Source of the DNA: Candidatus Bathyarchaeia archaeon
Lineage (GTDB): Archaea; Thermoproteota; Bathyarchaeia; 40CM-2-53-6
Assembly (NCBI GenBank): GCA_049513715.1
Contig: JBEKVV010000003.1
Span: 96,001-160,000 of the forward strand
Reading direction: 5' to 3'
DNA length: 64,000 bases
The notes beneath the pieces were generated by a model that did not search any database, was not told the origin of the DNA, and was given only the letters and a program-made list of their open reading frames with translations. Made by a program: the position numbers and the translations under genes. Shown here one piece after another: positions 10,168 through 19,974 of this stretch (position 1 is the first letter of the stretch; every line of letters starts with the position of its first letter).

Positions 10168-10446
10168 TTGAAGAGAAAACTAATGGACATATTGGCCTGC
10201 CCTATTGACAAATTCTTCCCGCTCGAATTGCTTGTGTTCGAAGAAAAAGAAGAAATCAATTCAGGGCTGATCACTTGTCCGAAGTGCAATCGCTGGTACC
10301 CAATCATCGACGAGATTCCACACATGCTGCCAGATGATTTGAGAGAACAACCAGAAGACCTATCCTTCCTCCAAAAGTGGAAGGACAAGATTCCCGAAAA
10401 GACCAAGCAAGAAGGAAAGCCCTTCAACCTCAAGCCTGGGGCCTGA
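10168..10446 (+). CDS. Trm112 family methyltransferase activator
   Basis: MKRKLMDILACPIDK...CPKCNRWYPIIDEIPHMLPD. Confidence 0.88.
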   Translation: MKRKLMDILACPIDKFFPLELLVFEEKEEINSGLITCPKCNRWYPIIDEIPHMLPDDLREQPEDLSFLQKWKDKIPEKTKQEGKPFNLKPGA

Positions 10447-10464
10447 GCCCACAGGTGAACGAGA

Positions 10465-10845
10465 ACGCCCGCACAATTTGTCACATCACCAAACGCACCA
10501 CAACCTAAAGGACCATACTCGCAAGGGGTAGTAGCAGAGGGCTTCCTGTTCATTTCAGCCCAAGGCCCATTTGACCCAAAGACCGGAAAAATCTCCGGAA
10601 CCAGTATTGAATCACAAACCCATCAAACCCTGGAGAACGTGAAGGCCATTCTGGAGGCTGCAGGCCTCACTATGCATAACATTGTGAAAGTCTCACTCTT
10701 TTTGAAGAACTCAAGCGACTTCCCGAAAATGAATGAAATCTATAAGACATATTTCCCTGAGCGCCCCCCAGCTAGAACCACGCTTGAAGCTGGGATGCCG
10801 ATTCCAGACGTGCTCGTATCCATGGATGCCATTGCCCACGCATGA
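10465..10845 (+). CDS. ridA: RidA/YjgF family enamine/imine deaminase; probable ACG start
   Basis: The frame extends upstream of the listed ORF (APQPKGPYSQG...QTHQTLENV...PPART); AGGTGA SD-like site at 10453-10458; no ATG/GTG/TTG upstream of the conserved N-terminus. Confidence 0.85.
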   Translation, partial: TPAQFVTSPNAPQPKGPYSQGVVAEGFLFISAQGPFDPKTGKISGTSIESQTHQTLENVKAILEAAGLTMHNIVKVSLFLKNSSDFPKMNEIYKTYFPERPPARTTLEAGMPIPDVLVSMDAIAHA

Positions 10846-10886
10846 GGGTGCAGTTTTTCAAGTATTGTAACAGTTCAGTGAATTGA

Positions 10887-11870
10887 TCAGAGTTGGACGG
10901 CCCTTCCAACTCCCTTCTTAATTGCGAGGTCATAGACCTTTCTTGCTGTCGAAATGTCCTGAATGGCGAGGCCTTGAGATTTGAAGACAGTAATCTCTGA
11001 ATCATTTTCACGCCCAGCTTTCTTTCCAGTCACGATCTCACCGAGCTCTGCGTAGATGTGATCCTGCGAAAGCAGACCCTGTGCGATTGGAATGATTAGG
11101 TCGCCTGCTTCTTTGAGGGCCGCCTCCCTCGAATCAACGACTAATTTGGCTCGTTTCAAAACGGCCGCGTCAAGTTCCCTTGCATCAGGAGTGTGGGAGC
11201 CAATCGCATTTACATGCGACCCGGCTTCCAGCCATTCCCCTTCCACCACAGGCGTCTTTGAGGTGCTCGCTGTCATCACAATATCAGACCCGCTAACCGC
11301 CTCTCTTCCACTCTCGACTTGCACAACTTGAACACCAAGCTCCTTCGCGACTTCGTTGCAGAACAATTTGCATTTGTCTGGGAGAACGTCGTAGGCCTTC
11401 ACTTTCTTTATCGGCCTTACTTCGCAAACAGCCGCCACTTGCTTCTTCCCCTGCACCCCAGCTCCGATTATTCCGATTTCGTTAGCGTCCTTTCTTGCGA
11501 GATATTTCGTCGCCACACCGCTTGCTGCGCCTGTGCGAACGGCAGTGAGAAACGCGCCGTCCATAACCGCGAGCAATTCCCCGCTCTTCGGGTCAGTCAA
11601 GAGAACAACACCCAGTATCGTTGGCAGACCTAGCTTCACTGGATTATCCAAATAGACAGACACGACTTTGATCCCGAGGGCATTCATTTCTTCCAAGTAT
11701 GCGGGCATGAAAAGAACCGCCCCCTTCTGTTTGGGGACTTTGATGGTTGGCCTGAGTGGCATGTTGACGGTTCCGTTTCCGTATTCTCCGAACGCCTTCT
11801 CGACGGCCTCGATTGCGTCCCGCATCGTGAGAACAGATTCAACGTCGTTTCTGCTAAGAAATAGAACCAT
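10887..11870 (-). CDS. Ornithine cyclodeaminase/mu-crystallin family (archaeal alanine dehydrogenase-like)
   Basis: GIKVVSV, LTAVRTGAASG, GAGVQG, FKSQGLAIQD. Confidence 0.9.
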   Translation of the reverse strand: MVLFLSRNDVESVLTMRDAIEAVEKAFGEYGNGTVNMPLRPTIKVPKQKGAVLFMPAYLEEMNALGIKVVSVYLDNPVKLGLPTILGVVLLTDPKSGELLAVMDGAFLTAVRTGAASGVATKYLARKDANEIGIIGAGVQGKKQVAAVCEVRPIKKVKAYDVLPDKCKLFCNEVAKELGVQVVQVESGREAVSGSDIVMTASTSKTPVVEGEWLEAGSHVNAIGSHTPDARELDAAVLKRAKLVVDSREAALKEAGDLIIPIAQGLLSQDHIYAELGEIVTGKKAGRENDSEITVFKSQGLAIQDISTARKVYDLAIKKGVGRAVQL

Positions 11871-12213
11871 CTCGTTTCACTCGACACGCGCAGTTCAGTG
11901 ATTTCCGTATTGAGCCTTTCGGGGCCTAAACTTGGTCTTCCTCGAGTGGGCTGAGAAGTGAGGTTGCAAATTCTATGTGTTTGCAGCCTTCTCCGATTCG
12001 GTGTCAGCTATCATAGACCGGATGTCTTCTTGGGCGCTGTAAAGTTGACGGTTGATAGCGGTCAATTGGCCGACTGTCAAAAGTCAGTTGATGGAAAACC
12101 GCTCATACGATGACACCTGATAGCAGCTTTCACGGCAACCTGGAACAATGATTCACCTGTTTATGCGATTCTAGTTGGTCTAAGCACTTTATACCGACCA
12201 GCACAATGAGGCT

Positions 12214-12486
12214 GTGATTGTGATGACGACAGGTTTTGATGAGTTCCACAACAGAATCCACGACTTGGCTGAACGGGAAAACGAGTGTGACGGCCTGTTC
12301 GAAGAAATTAAGAATGGCAACGGCGAAAACTCACTGCGCTATCTTGCACTGAGAGATGCTTGCAAAGAGTTGAGAAAAGGAATTTTCAGAAGCGCCATGT
12401 CGGCAGGATTAACGCGGGAAAGCATCAACATAGAGATCAAACAAGTAAGAAGCGAGACGATCGCTACTAACGCGAAGCAGACGTAG
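12214..12486 (+). CDS. Hypothetical protein
   Basis: Isolated 90-aa helical-looking ORF; TTTATA box upstream at ~12188. Confidence 0.45.
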   Translation: MIVMTTGFDEFHNRIHDLAERENECDGLFEEIKNGNGENSLRYLALRDACKELRKGIFRSAMSAGLTRESINIEIKQVRSETIATNAKQT

Positions 12487-12676
12487 GAAGAATCAGCAGA
12501 ATCAACCGATTTCTTACAACAGGAACCAGTATGTCAGTCAACCGACAACTTGACCGACCCGCTTCTTGAAATCCTTGTTGGTTCCTTGCGGATCCTTACA
12601 GTTACGGATTCCCCCTCATCTCTCCTCATAATGGCTTAATTCCAGTCGGCCGCTAAACAAGCTGGGCCCAATTGGC

Positions 12677-13945
12677 TTGACAAAGGTCACCGTCATCGAC
12701 TGCCAGACAGCAGGCATCTCAGGTGACATGCTGCTCGGGGCCCTAATTGACGCAGGAGCCAACCACAAACCAATCCAGGAAACCTGGCAACTCATCCCCA
12801 AATATTACCCGAAATGCAAGTCAATTCAGCTGGAGACCACTGAAGTCCTGAAGCACGGGTTCAGGGCCCGAAGAGCTGTGTCCAAGATTTCGGAAGATTC
12901 AAGTGAAGTTCATGCGGAATCCATGATTGAGGCAACAGAGAAGATAGCGACGTCATCGCAGATGAGTGCAGAGGCGGTGGCTTTCGCCAGGAACTCCGTG
13001 AAAACACTCGTTGAGGTTGAAAGCGGGCTTCACGGAGTAAGCATGAAACAGACTCATCTACATGAGGTGGGCTCAACGGACACGTTAGCAGATATTCTGG
13101 GCGTTGCGTCAGCATGCGACAGCCTAGGCATATTCGACGGGGAAATTTACTCCACTCCTGTTGCTGTTGGCGGAGGCACAGTCAACTTCTCACATGGGAA
13201 ATTGGCCGTTCCGGCACCAGCCGTTCTGGAGATACTCACGCGGAACAGGGTACCCGTAATTGGTGGACCCGAGCCCACAGAACTCGCCACCCCCACCGGC
13301 GTGTCGATGCTCGTCAACCTAGTCGACGCTTTCCTCGAACAGTACCCCCCAATCGTCCCAGAAAGAACAGGATACGGCGCAGGAAACCTAGACCTGCCAA
13401 CCGCACCGAACATCCTCCGAGTTGTCATTGGCCAAAGCCTCGAACCCAACCTCAACAGAGACAGCGCTCAAGTCCTCGAAACCAACTTGGACGACCTACC
13501 AGGCGAAATGCTGGGCCACGCCATCCAACGCATTCTCGATTCGGGCGCGAAAGATGTGTGGGTAACCTCAGCGCAATTCAAAAAGAACCGCCCCGGCCAC
13601 ATCCTACACGCAATATGCGACCCACAAGATACGGAAAGAATCGCAGAACTAATCATTGAAGAAACAGGCACATTGGGCGTGAGGTATCAAGAATACACAC
13701 GTTTCACACTAAACAGGGAGATTCGAACTATCAAGGTGAGAATACACGAGAAGACGTTTGACGTGAGAATCAAAACAGCCACCACCGCTTCAGGGAGAGT
13801 GATCAAAACCAAACCCGAATTCGACGACATCCACACAATAGCTGAGACACTGGCAATACCAGCGCGCACAGTGGCTGAGCTGGTTACCCAAGAAGCACAG
13901 AAACAAATCGAAAGAAAAACAGGGGAAACTAGGCCTCTCGCCTAG
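12677..13945 (+). CDS. larC: Nickel-pincer cofactor nickel insertase LarC (single uninterrupted ORF)
   Basis: DCQTAGISGDMLLGALID, HLHEVG, SHG-PAPA, ELATPTG, ETNLDD, KKNRPG, ETGTLGVR, KPEFDD. Confidence 0.92.
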   Translation: MTKVTVIDCQTAGISGDMLLGALIDAGANHKPIQETWQLIPKYYPKCKSIQLETTEVLKHGFRARRAVSKISEDSSEVHAESMIEATEKIATSSQMSAEAVAFARNSVKTLVEVESGLHGVSMKQTHLHEVGSTDTLADILGVASACDSLGIFDGEIYSTPVAVGGGTVNFSHGKLAVPAPAVLEILTRNRVPVIGGPEPTELATPTGVSMLVNLVDAFLEQYPPIVPERTGYGAGNLDLPTAPNILRVVIGQSLEPNLNRDSAQVLETNLDDLPGEMLGHAIQRILDSGAKDVWVTSAQFKKNRPGHILHAICDPQDTERIAELIIEETGTLGVRYQEYTRFTLNREIRTIKVRIHEKTFDVRIKTATTASGRVIKTKPEFDDIHTIAETLAIPARTVAELVTQEAQKQIERKTGETRPLA

Positions 13946-16904
13946 CCAATCGCACTAATCCAAAAGCCGGCGCGATGCCCCCCACAAAGAGAACCGTTAG
14001 AATAAGCCCAACACTTGCAATCATCATCAGACTAGCCAATGCCAACAGCTCAGCTACGATGAAAACTGCGAACAATGCCATGGCAACTGTCACTGTCAAT
14101 TTCAATACCCTCCGTTTGGTTCTTGCACTAATCTTTTCCTTCGCCAGACAGAGTATACCGAATGCGGGCAACCCGACATATGCCAACCCAATCAGGAAAC
14201 TGGCGACGATGCCTGCTGTGAGCGCTGCTAACTCAGGTTGAAAGGCAAGCGTGGCATAAGAATCGGATGAGACATGCAAGATGCCGATTAGTGGATAGAG
14301 GACCTCTTTCATGGCCGTGCGTGTTGTTTCGTGCGAATACTCAAACTGAGCCACAGCCGGGCTGAAGGAATAGTACCAGGCATTGAATACGTCCATGAAA
14401 CTTGAGCCCGCAAAAGTGCGTAGGATTTGTTGGTCGCGGAAGTTGCGGAGGAACTGAACCTCAGGCGACAGCTCGGAGCCGTAAGTGGCTGTAGCTATTA
14501 GGCATGGGGAAATGCTTATCGTTATTTGATAGGTTTTCGGCGACACCTTCCCAGTCGTGTCAGTTGCGGTTACTGTGAACTGATACGTGTTACCTGGCGT
14601 GCCTCTCTGGGCCACAATCTCCAATGTCGATACCGCGTATCCACCGAGCGGAGGCGTCACCGAGGAAGGAGAAAAAGCAGCGGTCAGTGATGGGTCCGAT
14701 GGCGAGAATGCGCCAGCAAGTGTAACTGGGCTATTGAATACACCGTACGCGTTCACCGTTACCAAAATATCCACCCTCGCACCCTGCACAAAGCTCGCGC
14801 TGGTTATGGGTTCCGAGTTCCTGGTGAACGAGAGAGTAAAGTCTCGCAGTTGAGGCTGCGTCACAAGCGTGACGGTGACGGTGTGACTTGTACTTTCACC
14901 GCTGGCGGTGATAGTGATTGGAAAAGTGCCAATTGTCACTCCCAGTATTGTGCTTACAGTTAGCGTTGAACCGAAATTAGGAGCATTGCTTGCCGGATTG
15001 AACGAGGCGGTTGCCCCAGTCGGCAACCCACTAGGGCTCAGAGTGACCGTACCTGCGGTTCCGCTGACCTGTGCAACATCTAGGCCGTACGTAGCAGAGC
15101 TGCCTTCAAGCACGGTCGCAGTATCCGAACCAACAACTGAGATTTGGAAGTCGCTTGCGACTCCGCTTGTGGAACTGCTAGAGACGGACGTGGTGACCTG
15201 GTTAACGATGAGAGTAATCTGGGCGGTATTTGTCTGCCCCCCACCCGTTCCCGTAATTGTCATTGGATAGCTTTGCGGAGTAGTCGTGCTGCTTGTGAAA
15301 ATCGTTAGGGTTGAAGTGAAGGGGGTTCCTGACGTCGGGGTGCCTGAAGCTGGGTTGAAGTTGTCCGTTAGACCCGAGGGCGCATTGACGGATAGCTGCA
15401 CCGACGACGCAGCACCGCTAACCAAACTAACACTAACAGTGAAAGTAGCTGACTGCCCTTGGGTTACGGTCTGCGTGGAAGCAGACGTAACCGTAACCTG
15501 AAAAGAGTTAGGGATGACTTGAACTCGCCCAATCTTGTTCGCGGAATTCGCGTTCTCAGCCACCCAGACGTTCCCTGAAGCATCCAACGTGACGGATTGC
15601 GGTTGTGAACCCGTGCTTGTTAGTGGGTACTCGTATGCTCCATTCAAAGCATTGCCTGGGGTCAAAGTGTTCGTTGGCCCAGGGCCTTGTACATTAACGG
15701 TTGGACTAGTGCCAGGTGTGCTTGGACTACTCAAAGTGCATTGGTTGGCTCCTGACCCATTTGAGCTACTCGGATTGCATGTCAGGACTGTTGGAGCGGT
15801 TGTACCTATTGGCTGCGGACAATTTCCTCCGCCGCTGGTGAGTGTGCAGAGACTAGTGGGGACTATTTGAGTAGGCTGCGAAAACGTTGTGTCAATGAAG
15901 CCTATGTTTCCAGAATTGCTTTCCGGAAACCAAAGCCTATTGTTCGCAGAATCCATTGCTACGGCTGTAGGCTTCGCGCCACCAATCCCCCCGAAAAGAT
16001 TGTAACTACTTAACGTGTCCGTGGGGCCTATGACTGAGATTTGATTCGTGTTACTGGATGAGAAGAAAACCTGATTGCTGTTACATGTGGTACCACTGCT
16101 GGAGCATGTGGCAGGCGTCGCAACGATGCCGGCAGGGCTATGATGCGCAGAGACGCCAAGAGTGCTAATGTCGTATAATACCAGCTGACCGGTGCTTGTG
16201 TTCAATCGTCCGATCTTATCCCCGAGGAGTTCGGTAAACCAAACGAGCCGGTTGGTGCCGCTCTGTGAATTTACCACCTGAACTGAAATTCCCCAGACTC
16301 CCAGATTCCCAAGATTATTGTTTGAGCCTGCGCTCGTTGTGGCGCCGGGGAGTGTCCATTCGGTTAAAGTGTTCGAACTTGGGTCTAAGACTCCGATTAT
16401 GTCACGACCTGACTCGGGGAAGTACATTACGCCTTGGTCATCGACAGCAATGTTCACCGGATTGCTCCCACCGTGTAGCTGATACTCCGTGAACCGATAT
16501 GGCGTACCAGTGTTGTTGTCGAAAAAGGCAACCTTATTCGAAGAGCCCTCGGTGAAAAAGACCCGACTCGATGAGTAACCGGTAAGGGCAACAGTTCTGA
16601 CGGCAAGACCTCGAGGGCTTGAGCTAGGCGTATTCATTTCATAAAATGTGTTTGTAGTTGGGTCCAGCATTCCAAGTCTGTTTGTTACGTTTTCAGTGAA
16701 CCAAGTCTTCCCGTAGGAATCGACAGCTATACCCCAAGGGCCAGCATTGCTCGATGGCACCTGCCATTCCTGGAGGCTTAGGGTGGGACTGGTCGCCTTC
16801 GCTTCTGGCAAGGGAACGATCGGGGAAGCAAACATTGCAATCATGATTATGATTAGCAGAATCCTTTTCGAGTTCAGGAACGACCTAGAGAACATGCTCC
16901 GCAC
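13929..16904 (-). CDS. Large secreted protein: Vgb/NHL-like beta-propeller, three Ig-like repeats, CFI-box-CTERM-type membrane anchor
   Basis: Signal peptide; PWGIAVD/WFTE/NKIGR blades; repeats of type DFxI...G.SA.....V...SG....V.LS....GL.A.F.P; CLIATATYGSELSPEVQFLRNFRD followed by TMs. Confidence 0.85.
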   Translation of the reverse strand: MRSMFSRSFLNSKRILLIIIMIAMFASPIVPLPEAKATSPTLSLQEWQVPSSNAGPWGIAVDSYGKTWFTENVTNRLGMLDPTTNTFYEMNTPSSSPRGLAVRTVALTGYSSSRVFFTEGSSNKVAFFDNNTGTPYRFTEYQLHGGSNPVNIAVDDQGVMYFPESGRDIIGVLDPSSNTLTEWTLPGATTSAGSNNNLGNLGVWGISVQVVNSQSGTNRLVWFTELLGDKIGRLNTSTGQLVLYDISTLGVSAHHSPAGIVATPATCSSSGTTCNSNQVFFSSSNTNQISVIGPTDTLSSYNLFGGIGGAKPTAVAMDSANNRLWFPESNSGNIGFIDTTFSQPTQIVPTSLCTLTSGGGNCPQPIGTTAPTVLTCNPSSSNGSGANQCTLSSPSTPGTSPTVNVQGPGPTNTLTPGNALNGAYEYPLTSTGSQPQSVTLDASGNVWVAENANSANKIGRVQVIPNSFQVTVTSASTQTVTQGQSATFTVSVSLVSGAASSVQLSVNAPSGLTDNFNPASGTPTSGTPFTSTLTIFTSSTTTPQSYPMTITGTGGGQTNTAQITLIVNQVTTSVSSSSTSGVASDFQISVVGSDTATVLEGSSATYGLDVAQVSGTAGTVTLSPSGLPTGATASFNPASNAPNFGSTLTVSTILGVTIGTFPITITASGESTSHTVTVTLVTQPQLRDFTLSFTRNSEPITSASFVQGARVDILVTVNAYGVFNSPVTLAGAFSPSDPSLTAAFSPSSVTPPLGGYAVSTLEIVAQRGTPGNTYQFTVTATDTTGKVSPKTYQITISISPCLIATATYGSELSPEVQFLRNFRDQQILRTFAGSSFMDVFNAWYYSFSPAVAQFEYSHETTRTAMKEVLYPLIGILHVSSDSYATLAFQPELAALTAGIVASFLIGLAYVGLPAFGILCLAKEKISARTKRRVLKLTVTVAMALFAVFIVAELLALASLMMIASVGLILTVLFVGGIAPAFGLVRLARREA

Positions 16905-17113
16905 ACACCCGACTTGGTTTTGCGTGTATAGTAAAGGTTTGACCTATTAAGAAAAGTCCTCTAGCAGATTTGAGGCAAATAGGCCGGTTTTGGGAATGGA
17001 AACCATACTATTCTGACACAATTTGGAAAGGCGTACGCGCTGGCATGAAATGAACATCGAACACCCCAAGACTGAGGCCTCTTCGAGGTCAAGATGCGAT
17101 TCGTAATCTACAC

Positions 17114-17200
17114 CTAGGCAGACGTGTAGGTGGAGGAGGATATGCTCGTTGTTGTTGTGGTTGTCGTGGATCAGGAGGTGGACGTTGCGATCGAGCATAT
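17114..17200 (-). pseudogene. Remnant of a Ser/Thr-rich surface-protein gene
   Basis: Minus frame reads ICSIATSTS*STTTTTTTSISSSTYTSA* with internal stops. Confidence 0.4.
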
Positions 17201-17353
17201 GGACACCCAACACACTTGGAGAACACTAACTCGCTTCTGTGACATTCCCTTGGCAACTAGGTGGCGCCAACCTCCAAATTCACGATGTAAACTCAATCGC
17301 TTCGATCTTTCCCTTCCAACTCGGGTCCTATTCGCTACACCTAAAGAAGCCGT

Positions 17354-19288
17354 TTGAAGAAGATTACACCTGACCAGAGTAGACTAGCTTTGGACCAAAC
17401 GGGCTGTCCCAATCGTGGGAGGGGGCGCAGGGTTCTGTTCTGCTTCTATGTGGCCCTCGTTATCGCGTCCAGCCTAGCGGTCATGTCCACTGTTATTCCA
17501 AGTCTCTTGGCCACGTTCAGCGGGTCAGAGGCGCAACCTGTCTTCGTGGGCGCGAACACTAGTGAATGGTTGCTCGACGGCAGTACATCAGCAAGAATCG
17601 CCGCTAGAGCCATAATCTTCGACACATATTCCTACACGTTATCAGTTTCGCAGCCCCTGCCGATCATGCAAGGGCAAACTGCAGTTTGCATTGTGTCCGT
17701 GAATCTGCTCAGCGGTGTTTCTCAGCTCACTCAGCTCACCGTCACCAACGTCCCATTAGGGTTGACCGCTAGCCTTGGCCAAACATCCGGAACACCGAAC
17801 CCTACATTTCAAACAATATTGACTATTGCTAGCTCGACTTCAATAGCGCCGGGTACTTATCAAATCACGGTCCAAGCTCAGTCGGGCAGCGGCGGTGGAA
17901 CTAACACCCAGACCGTCTTCATCAGCCTAACTGTCCAGCAAGCTACAACAACAACGTCTACATCGATATCCGTTTCTACTACGCACACAACTAGCACATC
18001 CACAACATTAACTAAGATTACTACAACAACACCTCTAATCACGTCGACTTTCACGGTGATCACTCCGTTTACGTCGACTTCAACGTTAGTCAGCACCTCA
18101 ACGACTAGGATTAGCACATTGGTCTTCACGGCAGTAACGCGAAACTTGCAAACAATGACGAATCTTGTGATAGCGACTGTGGCGACAGCAACTTCAACAA
18201 CGTATACTCAAAGCGCGTCGAGATCAACTACAACTAGGTTAAGCTCTTACACAACGACATCGGTCACTCGAACGTCTGCGACGCTAACTCAAACAATCTC
18301 ATTCACCCTGAAGAGTTTGTTCACAACGCCCGCCACGTCAACGACCACGCAGACCCTGTCGTCAATAGCGCCTACGACCACGTCCACGACATCTACGACG
18401 ACTGTTCCAGCTACTTTGACGGTTCCATCAACAGAGTACAGCACGACTTTTACCGGCATTTCCACCTCAACCTCAACGTCAACTCAACCGTCCACCACGT
18501 ACACCTCGACCACCCTTACCTCTTCTACAACCAGCTCACTGCCCAGCGTGTCAACATCCACGAGTTTCGTATCAAGCATGAGCACACTTAGTGTGACAAG
18601 CACCACAACGCAAACGCAGATTATCTATGTGTTAGCGTACGTGACTTCCGTTGCGTGGACATCTTTCACTGGGAACCCGTCGACCACAGTCATAACCACA
18701 TTATCCAAGGGAATTACGACGATTTTGACCAGTACGTTTTCAGTGATTTCATCGCAACTAACAACTTTAACCTCATCTACGACATCCACTTCCTCATCCA
18801 TTTCCACAACCACTTCGTCCCAAACTTCCACCTCGACTTCAACCACAACGTCAACCTCGACAAGCAGCACGACCACAACGACTACTGGCTACGTTGCCCC
18901 AAACAGTTGCACGCTGGCGGTGATATTACTCCCCAATGCTACCGGCACCGTCCCAGTGACCGTTACGTTTGCCGCGTACGCCATATCCAGCGGAAGCTCG
19001 GTTTCGTACAACTGGTTCTATGGCGACTATTACGGTGCCCAAACTACTAGCGTATCGATCGTGACTGGCCCGATGGCAACGTATACGTATCTCAACGCGG
19101 CGAATTACACCGCCGCTGTTCAGGTGCATGATTCTAGTGGCTGCTTCGCCCAATCTCACGTTGCCATTAACGTACTGAGCGGGGTGATACCGGAATTTGA
19201 CACCGGCATTTTCGCGGTATTCGCGGTGGGGCTCGTTTTGGTGCTCACTTTCGCCAACAAGATCAAGCGCGAACCGAGCCTGGATTAG
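17354..19288 (+). CDS. Mucin-like Thr/Ser-rich surface protein with Ig-like and PKD domains and PEF-CTERM tail
   Basis: N-terminal TM/signal; long T/S tract; PKD-like GTVPVTVTF...YNWFYGD; VIPEF-TM-KIKR. Confidence 0.82.
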   Translation: MKKITPDQSRLALDQTGCPNRGRGRRVLFCFYVALVIASSLAVMSTVIPSLLATFSGSEAQPVFVGANTSEWLLDGSTSARIAARAIIFDTYSYTLSVSQPLPIMQGQTAVCIVSVNLLSGVSQLTQLTVTNVPLGLTASLGQTSGTPNPTFQTILTIASSTSIAPGTYQITVQAQSGSGGGTNTQTVFISLTVQQATTTTSTSISVSTTHTTSTSTTLTKITTTTPLITSTFTVITPFTSTSTLVSTSTTRISTLVFTAVTRNLQTMTNLVIATVATATSTTYTQSASRSTTTRLSSYTTTSVTRTSATLTQTISFTLKSLFTTPATSTTTQTLSSIAPTTTSTTSTTTVPATLTVPSTEYSTTFTGISTSTSTSTQPSTTYTSTTLTSSTTSSLPSVSTSTSFVSSMSTLSVTSTTTQTQIIYVLAYVTSVAWTSFTGNPSTTVITTLSKGITTILTSTFSVISSQLTTLTSSTTSTSSSISTTTSSQTSTSTSTTTSTSTSSTTTTTTGYVAPNSCTLAVILLPNATGTVPVTVTFAAYAISSGSSVSYNWFYGDYYGAQTTSVSIVTGPMATYTYLNAANYTAAVQVHDSSGCFAQSHVAINVLSGVIPEFDTGIFAVFAVGLVLVLTFANKIKREPSLD

Positions 19289-19327
19289 AGCACGTTGTAT
19301 TCTAAGGCCGGATAAGGTCTAGGTTCG

Positions 19328-19387
19328 GGTCGGCATTCTTCGATGCGTTCCTCTGCACATCGAAGGTGCGGAATCACCTAGCCGACC
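19328..19387. terminator. Nested inverted repeat between convergent genes
   Basis: GGTCGGC (19328-34) pairs with GCCGACC (19381-87); inner CTTCGATG (19338-45) pairs with CATCGAAG (19358-65). Confidence 0.4.
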
Positions 19388-19449
19388 GTGCTAAGCAGGA
19401 ATGCCAGCGAGAAGCTTTGTAGAGTGAGGCTCAGACGCGGAGTAGGGGC

Positions 19450-19974
19450 TTACTCTGTTTCTGTTTTGCGAGCCTGCCTTCTACGTACAATCAGGCCCAT
19501 AAGGCCCACGAGCAAGCCCACCAGAATTGCTTCAATCGGAAAGCCCGGTATCCCAATTGGAAGGAAAACACCTGCAGTAGTGGTCAAGACCGAGATGAAT
19601 GTGATGGCTTGCGTTAACGATGCTCCGATGGTCTGGGTAATCGTCGATTGAAAGCCACTTGTAATCGTCCACGTGTAGGTTGTGGTGGCCTGTATGAAAG
19701 TCGAAAGAATCGTTGTCGAAGTGGTCAGGGTTGATGTGTACGTGATGAAGGACGACGTGCTGGTTGTGCTTGTGCTTGTGGTGGACGTGGAGATCGAAGT
19801 TGTGGTCGACGTAGCTGAAATCGATGAGACCGCTGAAGTACTTGTCGTGGTGGTTGTTGAGACAAAGGTTTGCAGTGGACCCAGGCTCGCAGCCACCTGA
19901 CCATTCAATGGCAACGCACCCAAAAGCGCGAAGCCAAGTATGAACACGCAAAATGCAGTGTCGCGCTTCGACAT
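19450..19974 (-). CDS. Thr-rich surface protein with IPGF (PGF-CTERM-like) tail
   Basis: Signal peptide, T/S tract, GIPGFPIEAILVGLLVGLMGLIVRRR; TGATG overlap with the upstream gene. Confidence 0.78.
   Translation of the reverse strand: MSKRDTAFCVFILGFALLGALPLNGQVAASLGPLQTFVSTTTTTSTSAVSSISATSTTTSISTSTTSTSTTSTSSFITYTSTLTTSTTILSTFIQATTTYTWTITSGFQSTITQTIGASLTQAITFISVLTTTAGVFLPIGIPGFPIEAILVGLLVGLMGLIVRRRQARKTETE

Noticed and set aside
13114..13659. Overlapping Arg/Pro-rich ORFs within larC, and similar alternative-frame ORFs inside other genes
   Set aside because: Off-frame shadows with no recognisable motifs
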